From: an uncultured bacterium
GTDB lineage: Bacteria; Chloroflexota; UBA5177; JANWHV01
Direction of reading: 5' to 3'
DNA length: 64,000 nt
Assembly: GCA_963827235.1 (NCBI GenBank)
Contig: CAWHAE010000016.1
Coordinates: forward strand, 832,001 to 896,000
The translations under genes were made by a program, and so were the position numbers. The notes beneath the pieces were generated by a model. It saw only the letters and a program-made list of their open reading frames with translations, searched no databases and was not told the DNA's origin. This document shows, in pieces, positions 29,951 through 39,648 of this stretch. Each line of letters starts with the position of its first letter. Within the stretch, counting starts at the first letter, position 1.

Positions 29951-30748
29951 ATGGTGCGGAGGTGCAGTGTGACACTCCTTGGTAGTCGTTCGATCCCAGC
30001 TCGGCTCCTGACGATAGCGACGTGCGCAATGCTGCTTGTCCTCACCCCGGCCGCTACCCCTGCAAGGGCCACCGTGTATCGCCAGCAGCAGTGGAGCGGC
30101 ACGCTGTCCGAGAAGACGGTGCTGAACACGTCTCAGCAGCAGCCCGCCGAGGTCGCACTGGCGTACGGCGTGCTCAAGGGAACCGAAACGGATACCGACA
30201 AGGTCAGCGAGACGCTTACGATCCATGTCGACCACGGCATGGCGACGGGTACCTTCTCCTACGTGGGAGTGGTGACAGAGCGAACGAGTGTCCGGGGGAA
30301 GGTGGGCTGCCGCCGCCTCGGATGGAAACGAGTCACCCGTTCGCAGACATCGACACAGACCGTGACCCGGACATACGAGGGCAGCGGCCCCGTCTCGTTT
30401 GGTGTCGGCGATGGCAGCGCACTGGACGGCTCCTATACTATCTCGTCCGGAGCGCCGACCGGCAAGGGTACCGTCACGATCAAGAATTCCTCACAAATGA
30501 GCGACTCGTGCTCGGAGCCGTCGACCACTCCAATCAAAGACACCAGCCAGAGCTACGCGGACACCTTGGGCGGTTTCAACATCAGCGCGGTTGGGCATCT
30601 CGAGCAAAGCACGAAACACCATTACCCCGGTCTCGATTCAATGCTCAGACTTACCGGCAAGGTGATCACATATCTCCCGGCCGATCATGGCACGAACATC
30701 AAGACGCAAGAATGGACGTTGACCCGGACGTCAGCACCGGGTGCTTGA
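29951..30748 (+). CDS. Secreted Thr/Ser-rich hypothetical protein
   Basis: Signal peptide ...LLVLTPAATPARA; beta-strand-rich sequence; start uncertain. Confidence 0.7.
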   Translation: MVRRCSVTLLGSRSIPARLLTIATCAMLLVLTPAATPARATVYRQQQWSGTLSEKTVLNTSQQQPAEVALAYGVLKGTETDTDKVSETLTIHVDHGMATGTFSYVGVVTERTSVRGKVGCRRLGWKRVTRSQTSTQTVTRTYEGSGPVSFGVGDGSALDGSYTISSGAPTGKGTVTIKNSSQMSDSCSEPSTTPIKDTSQSYADTLGGFNISAVGHLEQSTKHHYPGLDSMLRLTGKVITYLPADHGTNIKTQEWTLTRTSAPGA

Positions 30749-31315
30749 GCGGCAGATCCACCGGGTACCGTGGAATTGCACCGCGCGGTGCCAGATGCGG
30801 TCCGCACTGAGCCGTCCCCGGAACGCGCGGCAGCAGGAGATATGGGTGCGTTATTCGCGCCGGCCCGCTACCTGAACGAACCCTGTCGCCGGCAACCCAT
30901 CCCGCGTGCCTGCCGGAGCATTTGTCCCTACATCTGGGTCGCGGCCTGCACGCGCACCCGGCTGACGGCCAGGTGGCACTGCCTACACAGCGCGTAGCCG
31001 TTCTGGATCCGGGCGTGCACCGCCAAGCCACCCTGCTCGTCGCCACCGCCGGTGCGCTCGAGCATCGACCATGACTCGGTCGGTCCGCCACGAAACTCAC
31101 CCAGGCGGTCTGCGTGCGCCATGGACGCCGCGTACCGCAACGCCTGCACAAGGCCGGCGAGCTCGCTCACGGGCAGGACATCGGCAAGGGCCGCCAGCGC
31201 CAGATCGAGCGCTTGGGCAATCGCCGCCGCATCCAGCCCAACCGGCTCGCAGCGCACGGCGGCTATACTGTCTGATGCAGCCGGCTTGATGCCGCGGTGA
31301 GGAGGAGTACGGTCG

Positions 31316-32092
31316 ATGCAACTGCGCGTAGCCTTGGGGCAGATACCGGTCGTGAGCAGCGTTGCAGCCAATGTCGCCACTATCAGCAGGGCTGTGCGTG
31401 AAGCGGCTGCACAGCATGCCGATCTGCTGCTCACGCCGGAAGGCTCGTTGAGCGGATACACGTCACACTTCGACGCCCAAGAAGTCGTGGAGGCGTTGGA
31501 GCAGGTTCGCCGCGCCGCGCACGATGCCGGCGTCGGTCTGGCCCTTGGCACCTGTATGCGCGAGGGTGATGGGCACCGCTACGATCAACTGCGTTTCTAT
31601 GAGCCAGACGGCACGTTCCGCGGCTTTCACGCCAAGATCCTGACTTGCGGCAGCTGGGATACGCCTCCGGTGGGCGAGATCAACGAGTACCGGTCGGCTC
31701 CACTGCGGACGTTCGCACTGCTCGGTACGGTAGTGGGAGGACTGATCTGCAACGATCTGTGGGCCAACCCAACCTGCACGCCTGTGCCCGATCCGCACCT
31801 GTCCCAGCAGCTGGCTGCCCTCGGCGCGCGGGTGATTCTGCACGCCGTCAACGGAGATCGTGACGCGTCGGAGTTGTCACAGAGGGTGTGTCGCAACTTC
31901 CATGAGAGCAATCTGCTCCTGCGCGCCAAGGCAGGCCACCTTATCGTCGCCACCGTGGACAACTGTGAGCCGGATACGCTGCGCACCTCGAGTCCAGGCG
32001 GCATTGTCGGCCACGATGGCACTTGGTGGTTCAGACTGCCGGACTGCGGTGAGCAGGTAGGCACGTTTGCCATCGACCTTGATGACGCCTGA
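31316..32092 (+). CDS. Carbon-nitrogen hydrolase (nitrilase superfamily)
   Basis: Catalytic E-K-C triad: LTPEGSLSGY, HAKI, GLICNDLW; GAGGAGGAG RBS. Confidence 0.9.
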   Translation: MQLRVALGQIPVVSSVAANVATISRAVREAAAQHADLLLTPEGSLSGYTSHFDAQEVVEALEQVRRAAHDAGVGLALGTCMREGDGHRYDQLRFYEPDGTFRGFHAKILTCGSWDTPPVGEINEYRSAPLRTFALLGTVVGGLICNDLWANPTCTPVPDPHLSQQLAALGARVILHAVNGDRDASELSQRVCRNFHESNLLLRAKAGHLIVATVDNCEPDTLRTSSPGGIVGHDGTWWFRLPDCGEQVGTFAIDLDDA

Positions 32093-32561
32093 TCGGATCG
32101 CGTAGCGCTTTCGCAACCGTGGGATTCCACGTTTCCGCGCGGCTGGTCGCTCAACAGTCGGGTCGACGCCCTACAGCAGGGTTAGCGCCTGTCACACCCC
32201 TGTCGCGTTCTCGGCACTGGTGCGACTTGTACCTGCTTGATGTCGCAGACCGCTCGGAAGCCACCGCTCCCGACGGCGGCAATCTTCTCATGTCCATTCG
32301 CGATGTCCTCCGGCCCGATGCTGTCGAGCTGGTTGACTTGGCCCGGACCGGCGGAGTACCGGTGAACCGACCTCGTCGTGCGCGGAACACGAGCTACCAT
32401 GCTTGCGACGCCGGCGTGACCACTATCCGCCGCGCCTGCCACACCCCGCGCACGCTATCACGGACGACGGGATAGAAGTCATCGGCCGCGTCCAGGGCGC
32501 GCCTCCAGTAGAGGATCGCTGCCACTACTATGCTTGGTTAGCATTATGATGGAGCTATGGC

Positions 32562-32590
32562 TTGACACACGTTGTAGTCTTTATATATCA
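32562..32590 (+). promoter_or_regulatory. Putative sigma70 promoter
   Basis: TTGACA at 32562 followed by AT-rich TTTATATAT at about 32580-32588. Confidence 0.5.
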
Positions 32591-32974
32591 CGTGGCTGAG
32601 CTCCTTGCACTTCTCTTGTTCTCACACCACATACTGCGACGTTCTGGTGTGCACCAAGCAGAGCCTTGGTGCCGAGCGAAGCTGAAGCCCGAGAGGAATG
32701 TACCTCCTATGCTGGCTTTCGCACGACCCGAGATTGCTGGTGATCCCCATATCTGTATGCTGGCATCCTCCGTACCGGCCACTCGAGATTGGAGGAGGAA
32801 TTCGTCGGGCGCGTCTTGGCCGGGTGTGACGACATTGACCCGGTCGCTAGGTAGGAGGCTATCGAATCGGATTGACAGAGAGTGGGTAGAGGAATCAGGG
32901 GAACTTGCCTCGGCCGGCGCGGTACTCGCTGCGACAGGCGCGAGCCACAAGCAATGGAAGGGAGATCGCTCAAC

Positions 32975-33715
32975 ATGGCAAGCTATCGATTCGGAAAGCA
33001 TCCGCCGAAGGTCGACTATCGCACGCTGCGCTTCAGGAACTATCTGACGCCTGCGCTCGCTCCACCGCCGGCGTCCGTCGACAACCTTGCCCGCGTGTAC
33101 GCCAATCTCGGTACGAACAATCCGACCACGCTGTTCCCCATGGACGGCAACGACACCCTCGGCGACTGCACGATCGCCGCGGTTGCCCATGCCGAGACGC
33201 TTTATCGCGGGCTGGTCAGCAAGCGCCATATCCCCTCGCAGAGCATAGTGGTCAAGCTATATATGCATCTGACAGGCGGAGTGGATTCAGGGCTCAACGA
33301 GCTCGACGTGCTGAACTACTGGCGCCAGCACCGCGTCTCCGGCGACGAGATCATCGCGTTCGCCAGCATCGATCCGAAGAATCACGTGCATGTACAGCAG
33401 GCCATGCAGATCTTCGGCGGCGTCTACCTGGGGTTCCAGGTCCAGCAGAATTGCCTGCAGGAGTTCGATAGCGGCCAGCCCTGGACGCCGGGTCCATTGA
33501 CCACCGACGGCCACGCGGTCGTTGCCGTGGGGTACGACCAGCAGTACGTCACCGTGCTGACCTGGGGCAAGACTCAGCAGGGCACCTGGGACTGGTGGGA
33601 TGAGTGCGTCGACGAAGCGTACGCTATACTGCCGCCCGAAGCGAACCAGCCCGGTTTTGCACCTGGATTCAACATGGCCCAGCTGCAGGCAGATCTCTCT
33701 GACGTAGCGAACTGA
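32975..33715 (+). CDS. Papain-like (C1-related) cysteine peptidase-like protein
   Basis: GNDTLGDCTIAA (Cys), GHAVVAVGYD (His), VLTWG; no signal peptide; GAAGGGAG RBS. Confidence 0.7.
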   Translation: MASYRFGKHPPKVDYRTLRFRNYLTPALAPPPASVDNLARVYANLGTNNPTTLFPMDGNDTLGDCTIAAVAHAETLYRGLVSKRHIPSQSIVVKLYMHLTGGVDSGLNELDVLNYWRQHRVSGDEIIAFASIDPKNHVHVQQAMQIFGGVYLGFQVQQNCLQEFDSGQPWTPGPLTTDGHAVVAVGYDQQYVTVLTWGKTQQGTWDWWDECVDEAYAILPPEANQPGFAPGFNMAQLQADLSDVAN

Positions 33716-33834
33716 CCGCAGACGCCAAATCGGGAGCGTGCATGCGAAGCTAACGGCTTGATCCAGATGCCAGCTTCACTGCTCGACAAGCAGGGAGCTG
33801 TCTCGACCGCAGGCGCGGTGGATTCTTTTGCGCT

Positions 33835-33869
33835 GCGACCTGAGCGGCCCGATGGACTGCTCAGGTCGT
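33835..33869. terminator. Hairpin between convergent genes
   Basis: GCGACCTGAGCGG...CTGCTCAGGTCGT stem. Confidence 0.5.
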
Positions 33870-33986
33870 GCCTGTGCCGCGGGAATGCCCAGCCGGCTCG
33901 GTCCGCCCACGACACCGTGAAGCCGGCCACGCCACGCGACCGCGAAACCGTGGTCAGGCCCCTGGGCGGCCACACCTGCTCCCGGC

Positions 33987-34937
33987 TCAGAGCATCTCCT
34001 TGAGGCGACTCCGATCCACGTTTCCGCCGCTCAGGATGGCGACGACACGGGCGCCTTCGCGGAGGCGGCAGCGCCCGGCCAGCAGAGCGGCCACGCCTGC
34101 AGCGCCGGCCGGTTCCACCTGCAGTTTGGTGCGTTCCAGCACCACGATAAGTGCCTGCACGATCTCTTCATCGGAGACCAGCACCACATCGTCGACGTAC
34201 CGATGGGCGACCTCCAGCGTGACGTCACTGGCGAAAGGAGCCGCCAGGCCGTCGGCGATCGTGGTGAGCGTCTCAAGGGGCGTGACATGACCGGCGGCCA
34301 GAGCACGACTTAACCCGGGCGCACCCACGGGCTCCACGCCGATGACCCGCACCTGGGGACGCTGCTCCTTGAGGGCCACGGCAACACCGGCAAGCAGGCC
34401 GCCCCCGCCCACTGGCACGATAACCGCCTCAAGGTCCGGCATGTCCTCAAGCACCTCCAGGCCGACTGTGCCCTGGCCTGCGATGACCGTCGGATCGGCG
34501 AATGGATGCACTGGGACTTGGCCCTCCGCAGCGAGGAGACGATCGTACTCGGCAAAAGCCTCGATCGACGTCGCCCCATGCTGCACGATCCGGGCACCGT
34601 ACTCGCGCGCCGCCATGACCTTGCTGCGCGCTGCCGTTGCAGGCATGACCACGGTGCAGGGAATGCCCTCGCGGGTGGCGCCATAGGCCACCGCCTGGGC
34701 GTGGTTGCCGGCGGAGATCGCGATCACGCCACGGGCGCGCTCCTCGGCCGTGAGTGACGCCAGCTTGGCCAGCACGCCGCGTGGCTTGAACGACCCGGTC
34801 TTCTGCAGCAGCTCGGCCTTCACCAACAGCTGCACGCGGGCCATGGCGCCCAGGCTCGTGGCGCTGAGGGTAGGGGTGCGGTGCAATCGGTCGCCAATCA
34901 CGGCGCGCGCGGCCAGGATATCGGACAGTGTAACCAT
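33987..34937 (-). CDS. PLP-dependent threonine/serine dehydratase (catabolic type, no ACT domain)
   Basis: KAELLQKTGSFKPRG (PLP Lys), SAGNHAQ, PVGGGGLL, EPAGA, LSGGN. Confidence 0.93.
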   Translation of the reverse strand: MVTLSDILAARAVIGDRLHRTPTLSATSLGAMARVQLLVKAELLQKTGSFKPRGVLAKLASLTAEERARGVIAISAGNHAQAVAYGATREGIPCTVVMPATAARSKVMAAREYGARIVQHGATSIEAFAEYDRLLAAEGQVPVHPFADPTVIAGQGTVGLEVLEDMPDLEAVIVPVGGGGLLAGVAVALKEQRPQVRVIGVEPVGAPGLSRALAAGHVTPLETLTTIADGLAAPFASDVTLEVAHRYVDDVVLVSDEEIVQALIVVLERTKLQVEPAGAAGVAALLAGRCRLREGARVVAILSGGNVDRSRLKEML

Positions 34938-35217
34938 GGTGTGTCTCCCTCACTCATGCATGTGGTGGCGAACGCAGCGGTGCCCAACATCCTCTTTGCC
35001 GATCGTATTGAGCGTACCAGGCACAACCGTATGATGCGGCTCCCGGCGCAGCTGGCCAAAGGCAAGAGTGCCCGTGTACACCCCACGGGCTCGGTAGCCG
35101 TGACCGCGATGAAGCCTCGATTCGCGGGTTTCTACTTCGTGGCCGTTGTCCTTGGCCCGTACAGACGTGCGGTCACGCCGGCGGCGTGCCGCGATCGTCG
35201 AGACCTATTCTGAACCG

Positions 35218-35724
35218 CTAGAGCGACGTCGCCATGATCGGCGTGATCGAGATCCTGCCGCCGCACGGAGTGGCACCGTTTGCGGGCACTGCAACACTGG
35301 TCCGCTCGTCGGGCGGTGTGACGAGATAGTACCCGACTGCCGGACATGCTTCGCTGCCGGTGGGAACGTCCGCGTACATGAACGTCGCGTAGGCGGCAGC
35401 ACCGGGCTTGACGAGTATCGTCTTTGTGGGAACGTTGGGTAGCTGGCTGCCGGTTCCCCACAGCACACGCGTCGCCATGTCCTGGCCGGTCGCGCTGACC
35501 AGCTGCAGGCCGGGAAAGCCGTAGAACGAGCAGAGCGCCGGAGCGATCGAGCGAAAGCGCAGGGTGACTGCGATGTGCCCGAGGGCACCATTGGTGCCGC
35601 TCACGGTCACGTACAGACAGCCGGTGTGGCAGCGGAGCGCCGCGCCGAACGTTCGCGCGGGGCTAGCGGTGATCGCGCTGAAAATAATGGCGACCACGGC
35701 AAACAAGCGGATTGTGGTGGTCAT
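35218..35724 (-). CDS. DUF4232-like secreted protein
   Basis: Signal peptide; GALGH, CSFYGFPGLQLV, VKPGAAAYA, VTPPDE. Confidence 0.75.
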   Translation of the reverse strand: MTTTIRLFAVVAIIFSAITASPARTFGAALRCHTGCLYVTVSGTNGALGHIAVTLRFRSIAPALCSFYGFPGLQLVSATGQDMATRVLWGTGSQLPNVPTKTILVKPGAAAYATFMYADVPTGSEACPAVGYYLVTPPDERTSVAVPANGATPCGGRISITPIMATSL

Positions 35725-35836
35725 GGCTCAAGTCCCCTTTCTGTGTTGGCGGCCGATGCCCGGCTTGCCCACGCATTGTGCCACGTTGCCTGCAATCTAT
35801 CGAAGGTCACTGTGCATGGACATGCCGAGGCGAGTA

Positions 35837-35897
35837 TGTCATCGAATCGTCATATAGCGATCATCTTCATGCAATATGCGGGTCACGATTTCGTCAC
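35837..35897 (+). promoter_or_regulatory. OmpR/PhoB-type direct-repeat binding array
   Basis: GTCAT at 35838 and 35849, ATCAT at 35860, GTCAC at 35882 and 35893, all in 11-bp phase. Confidence 0.6.
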
Positions 35898-35993
35898 GCG
35901 CAAGGCAGACGCTAGGGGTGTATTCGAAGCAGACGATGCGTGCGAAGAACACAAGCCTTGCAGTACGAATAGTCGTTCTCTGGAGTAGAAACC

Positions 35994-36368
35994 ATGAACA
36001 AGATCAAGAGACTGAACGTAAAGATGGCGGGATTCACGCTCGTCATCGTGCTCTGCGCCGGGCTCGCGTTCTACGGCGGGCGCGTGTATCAGAATAGCGC
36101 CGACCAACCGCTCTTCACGCAGTACAGCCCACCGGTTGCAGTATCCGCAGGAGCGTCCGGCAGCTACTTCGGCGGCGGCACGTCGAGCAGCTCGCAGATC
36201 CAGGCGGCGCTGGCCTACGCGACCCCGCCCGGATCCTCTTCCTCTCAAGCTGGCGGCTCGAGCACGCGCGCTTCCGGCGGCCAGTCCGGCAGCGGTTCTG
36301 GGACTCAGAACCATGGCAGTGCCGCAGAACAGACCCCCACCACCGGCGGGAAGACGATCACGCCTTGA
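35994..36368 (+). CDS. Small single-TM protein with Gly/Ser-rich tail
   Basis: GGAG RBS; TM segment ending AFYGGRVYQ; low-complexity C-terminus. Confidence 0.7.
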   Translation: MNKIKRLNVKMAGFTLVIVLCAGLAFYGGRVYQNSADQPLFTQYSPPVAVSAGASGSYFGGGTSSSSQIQAALAYATPPGSSSSQAGGSSTRASGGQSGSGSGTQNHGSAAEQTPTTGGKTITP

Positions 36369-36750
36369 TCTTGTAGCCTACACCGCGCACCGTCTGGATG
36401 AGCTGGTGCTCGCACCCGTCGTCCACCGCAAGTCGCAGCCGGCGAATGGTAGCGTCCACCACGTTGGCAAACGAGCCGAAGCCGTAGTCCCAGACACGCT
36501 CCATGATCATCGTACGGCTCAGCACCTGCCCGGGATGGCGCATCAGATACTCCAGCAGCGAGAACTCCTTCGGCGCTAAAGGGATGAGCTTGCCATCGCG
36601 ATAGACTTCGTGCGCCTGCAGGTCCAGCACGAGGCCACCGACGTCCAGACGGTCATCCTGCGTTCTCCGCCCGTTGCGCCGGGTGATCGCGCGCAATCGC
36701 GCCAGGAACTCCTCAAAGGCGAATGGTTTCGTCAGATAGTCGTCGGCGCC
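36358..36750 (-). pseudogene. OmpR-family response regulator, receiver domain mostly deleted
   Basis: GADDYLTKPFAFEEFLARLRA...LAPKEFSLLEYL...IQTVRGVGY; homology stops abruptly at about 36750. Confidence 0.88.
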
Positions 36751-37223
36751 AACGGTGCAGTCAGTATGCCGCTATCCATCGTTGCCGGAACGCTGCTGAG
36801 TCTCGGATACCTCGCGTTTTCCCATCGCGTTTCTCTGGCCTCAGAGCCGGCGCATGGGCCGCAACAGAGCGACAAGGACCAGGGCGTTTGCAGGTCCACT
36901 CAGCCCGGGCAGCTATGAAACTGGGGGCATGAAGATAGCCTACCGCTGCGGTATAGACGCCGGTCAGAGTGCGGCCACGGTGGCGCAAGACTTTTGCCCC
37001 ACCGGTCGTCCGTGTGTTCGCCGCTCCGCCAGAGTGCCTGTAGAGCTCAAGGCGCGCTCAGGGAGGGTCACGTGGCGTAGGCCCACCGATCGCGCCAGGC
37101 GCGACTACGGCGCACGATCTGCCCAGTTCCTCTTGCCAGCCGGCGGCACGGCCCACCGCTAGGGCGACCGATGCTTGGTACCCGGTGTGAGTCACGCCCC
37201 CGTAGGCAACTGTGTGCTTCGGT

Positions 37224-37260
37224 GCCGTTGGTCTTCGGCCCGTGGCCGAAGACCAACGGC
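37224..37260. terminator. Perfect 17-bp hairpin
   Basis: GCCGTTGGTCTTCGGCC-CGT-GGCCGAAGACCAACGGC, 26 nt downstream of the 37287 stop. Confidence 0.75.
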
Positions 37261-37286
37261 TACCCTGCAAAGCGGAGTCGCCCTGC

Positions 37287-37631
37287 TCAGCGATTCGTCC
37301 CGTCGCAGACGGTAAGTCCATCGCCGTAGAGGTCCAAACGGCAGGTGCCCCAGGAGGGTGGCAGGGTGGATATCTGCACGGAGCTACCGCACTTGATCGT
37401 GCCGTCGCCATCCGGGTCGCTGAAGCAGCCGTAGGCCGAGGGCAGGCTCGATGGCGCGATCACGCGCTGCTCCTGTTGCACTGGCGCGGCTGCCGGGCCG
37501 TTCAGCGCAGCAGCACCGAGACCTGCCAAGGCGAGCGTGCCAGCCAGCATCAACGAGGAGCCGGGTCCCTTGAGAAAGAAACGGACCATGTGCTTCTGCA
37601 GTTCGGCGATCAGTGCTTGCTGTGCGTACAT
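37287..37631 (-). CDS. Small exported protein with two C-x2-D-x2-GDG-x3-C repeats
   Basis: GGGAGGA RBS; hydrophobic segment; CFSDPDGDGTIKC and CRLDLYGDGLTVC. Confidence 0.7.
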   Translation of the reverse strand: MYAQQALIAELQKHMVRFFLKGPGSSLMLAGTLALAGLGAAALNGPAAAPVQQEQRVIAPSSLPSAYGCFSDPDGDGTIKCGSSVQISTLPPSWGTCRLDLYGDGLTVCDGTNR

Positions 37632-37771
37632 GAGCCTAGTCCTCCCGTGTATCGGCGTTGCCATGACCATCATCATATACGAGTGACGGTTACGGTGCCC
37701 TGCGCGTCTACCTCCGCAATTGCTAGGGAGGGCAATCCCCCTCTGCCGTGTAGCGGTGACGAGAGGACCTG

Positions 37772-38551
37772 TCAGATGCCATCCGCCAGCACCAGCGGAC
37801 AGTTCCGGCGCGGATGCGTGGTCACATAGATGGGATGGCCGTATATCTCGGTGAGCAGGGGTGCAAGCAGCGTTTCAGACGGCGGTCCAAGCGCCGCCAG
37901 GTGCCCGCGGTCAAGGAGCGCGATGTCGTCGGCATAGGCAGCAGCCAGGTTGAGGTCGTGCAGGATCACGCACACCGCTTTGCCTTGCTCTGCCAGGGTT
38001 CGGCAGGTGCGCATGACCAGTTCCTGATGCCGTATGTCCAGACTGGCCGTCGGCTCATCGAGCAGCAGGAGGTCAGTCTGCTGGGCGATCGTCCGCGCCA
38101 TCAGCGTTCTTGACGCTTCTCCGCCGGAGAGAGTCGGATAGGCCCGCGCACGGTAGGGCTCCATCTCGGTGCGTTGGAGCGCCTTCAGCACGATCTGCCG
38201 GTCCTGGGCTGGCGACATGTCTCGCCTGCTTTCATGGGGATAGCGGCCCATTGCCACCACCTGCTCTACCTGGTAGGCAAAATGAATCACGGCATGTTGA
38301 GTCATCACCGCGCGCAGCCGAGCAAGCTGCAGCGGCGAATAACGGTGCGGAGGCTGCCCGTCCAATAGGATAGTTCCCTCGCTGGGTCGCAGATCCCCGG
38401 CCAGCAGGTGCAGCAGTGTCGTCTTCCCGGCGCCGTTCGGTCCCACGACCGCCAGCAGACGCCCCCCGCCGAGTGCGAGGCTCACATCGGAGATTAGCGG
38501 TATCGACCCAGCGCGGAAGCTGACATGGCTGGCGACCAACAACTCACTCAT
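37772..38551 (-). CDS. hmuV: Heme ABC transporter ATP-binding protein
   Basis: GPNGAGKT, YPTLSGGE, LLLDEPTASLD, ILHDLNLAAAYAD. Confidence 0.85.
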   Translation of the reverse strand: MSELLVASHVSFRAGSIPLISDVSLALGGGRLLAVVGPNGAGKTTLLHLLAGDLRPSEGTILLDGQPPHRYSPLQLARLRAVMTQHAVIHFAYQVEQVVAMGRYPHESRRDMSPAQDRQIVLKALQRTEMEPYRARAYPTLSGGEASRTLMARTIAQQTDLLLLDEPTASLDIRHQELVMRTCRTLAEQGKAVCVILHDLNLAAAYADDIALLDRGHLAALGPPSETLLAPLLTEIYGHPIYVTTHPRRNCPLVLADGI

Positions 38552-39648
38552 GTCCACCGACCGCGCAGTGTGCCGGCATGGCGAAGCAACCAGACAAAGT
38601 AGGGGCATCCCAGAATCGCGGTGAGCGAGCCCAGCGGTAGCTCGGCTGGTGCCGCCGCCGTGCGGGCCAACAGATCCACCAGCATGACGAGCACGGCGCC
38701 TGCCAGAGCGCTGGCGGGCAGCACGGCAGCATGGTCTGGTCCCAGGAATGTGCGCATCAGATGGGGAACGATCAGGCCGACAAAGCCCACGATGCCAACA
38801 GTGGACACGGCCGCACCCGTGAGGATGGCGGTAGCTGCCAGAAGAATCATGCGCGATCGCGCCACGCGCACGCCGAGGTAGTGTGCATCGCGATCGCCGG
38901 TGGCAAGAAGGTCGAGCACCCGTGCCCAGCCTGACAGGAAGATCATGCCCAGCAGGGCCAGCGGTGCCGTTACTTGCACTCCCTCCCAGGTGGCTCCGCT
39001 CAAGCTGCCGAGCTCCCAAAAGGCCACGCTGTTCAGCGCGGCGTTGTTCGTGGCGGCGATGAGCAGACCCACCACGCCGGCGGCGATGGCATTGACGGCG
39101 ACACCGGCCAGCACCATCGTCAGCATGTCGGGTCGGCCATCATGCACCGCCAGCAGGTATACCATGCCGATCGCCAGCAGACTGCCGGCGGCAGCCGCCG
39201 GCAGCATCGCTGCCACGCTGAGTCCCGCACCGCCAATCAGCAGCATCAGCACGGTGCCCAGCACGGCGCCGGCTGAACAGCCCAGCAGCCCCGGATCGGC
39301 AAGTGGATTGCGAAGCACCCCCTGCAAGGTGGCGCCTGCTAGACCCAGGCAACAGCCCACCAGAGCGCCAAGCAGCACCCTGGGCAGGCGCAAGGACCAC
39401 AACACCCCGTCCTGCACACCGGAAGACGACGCGCTGCCGGCCAGGCCTGCGTGATGGAGCAGGATAGCCACCACCTGAGACGGGCTGATCGCCACCTCTC
39501 CGATGCCGAGGCTGACGAGCATGGTGCCGAATGCGCCGCAAATCAGCAGCGCGAAGATGATCTTACGCCTGGCTCTGTTCACTGGCAACGCCGGCGGACT
39601 CAGAAGTGGACTTTCCTCCTCGTGATTCTGGTCGGATGCATCTACCAC
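38548..39648 (-). CDS. hmuU: FecCD-family permease (heme uptake)
   Basis: LRLPRVLLG, LRNPLADPGLLG, GFVGLIVPHLMR, ELPLG. Confidence 0.88.
   Translation of the reverse strand: MVDASDQNHEEESPLLSPPALPVNRARRKIIFALLICGAFGTMLVSLGIGEVAISPSQVVAILLHHAGLAGSASSSGVQDGVLWSLRLPRVLLGALVGCCLGLAGATLQGVLRNPLADPGLLGCSAGAVLGTVLMLLIGGAGLSVAAMLPAAAAGSLLAIGMVYLLAVHDGRPDMLTMVLAGVAVNAIAAGVVGLLIAATNNAALNSVAFWELGSLSGATWEGVQVTAPLALLGMIFLSGWARVLDLLATGDRDAHYLGVRVARSRMILLAATAILTGAAVSTVGIVGFVGLIVPHLMRTFLGPDHAAVLPASALAGAVLVMLVDLLARTAAAPAELPLGSLTAILGCPYFVWLLRHAGTLRGRWT

Noticed and set aside
30770-31300. ORFs between the secreted protein and the nitrilase
   Set aside because: No clear start/RBS or recognisable motif; possibly a relic, but unsupported.
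35994-36060. KMAG-FTLV as a type IV prepilin cleavage site
   Set aside because: Lacks the conserved Glu at +5, and there are no pilus genes nearby.
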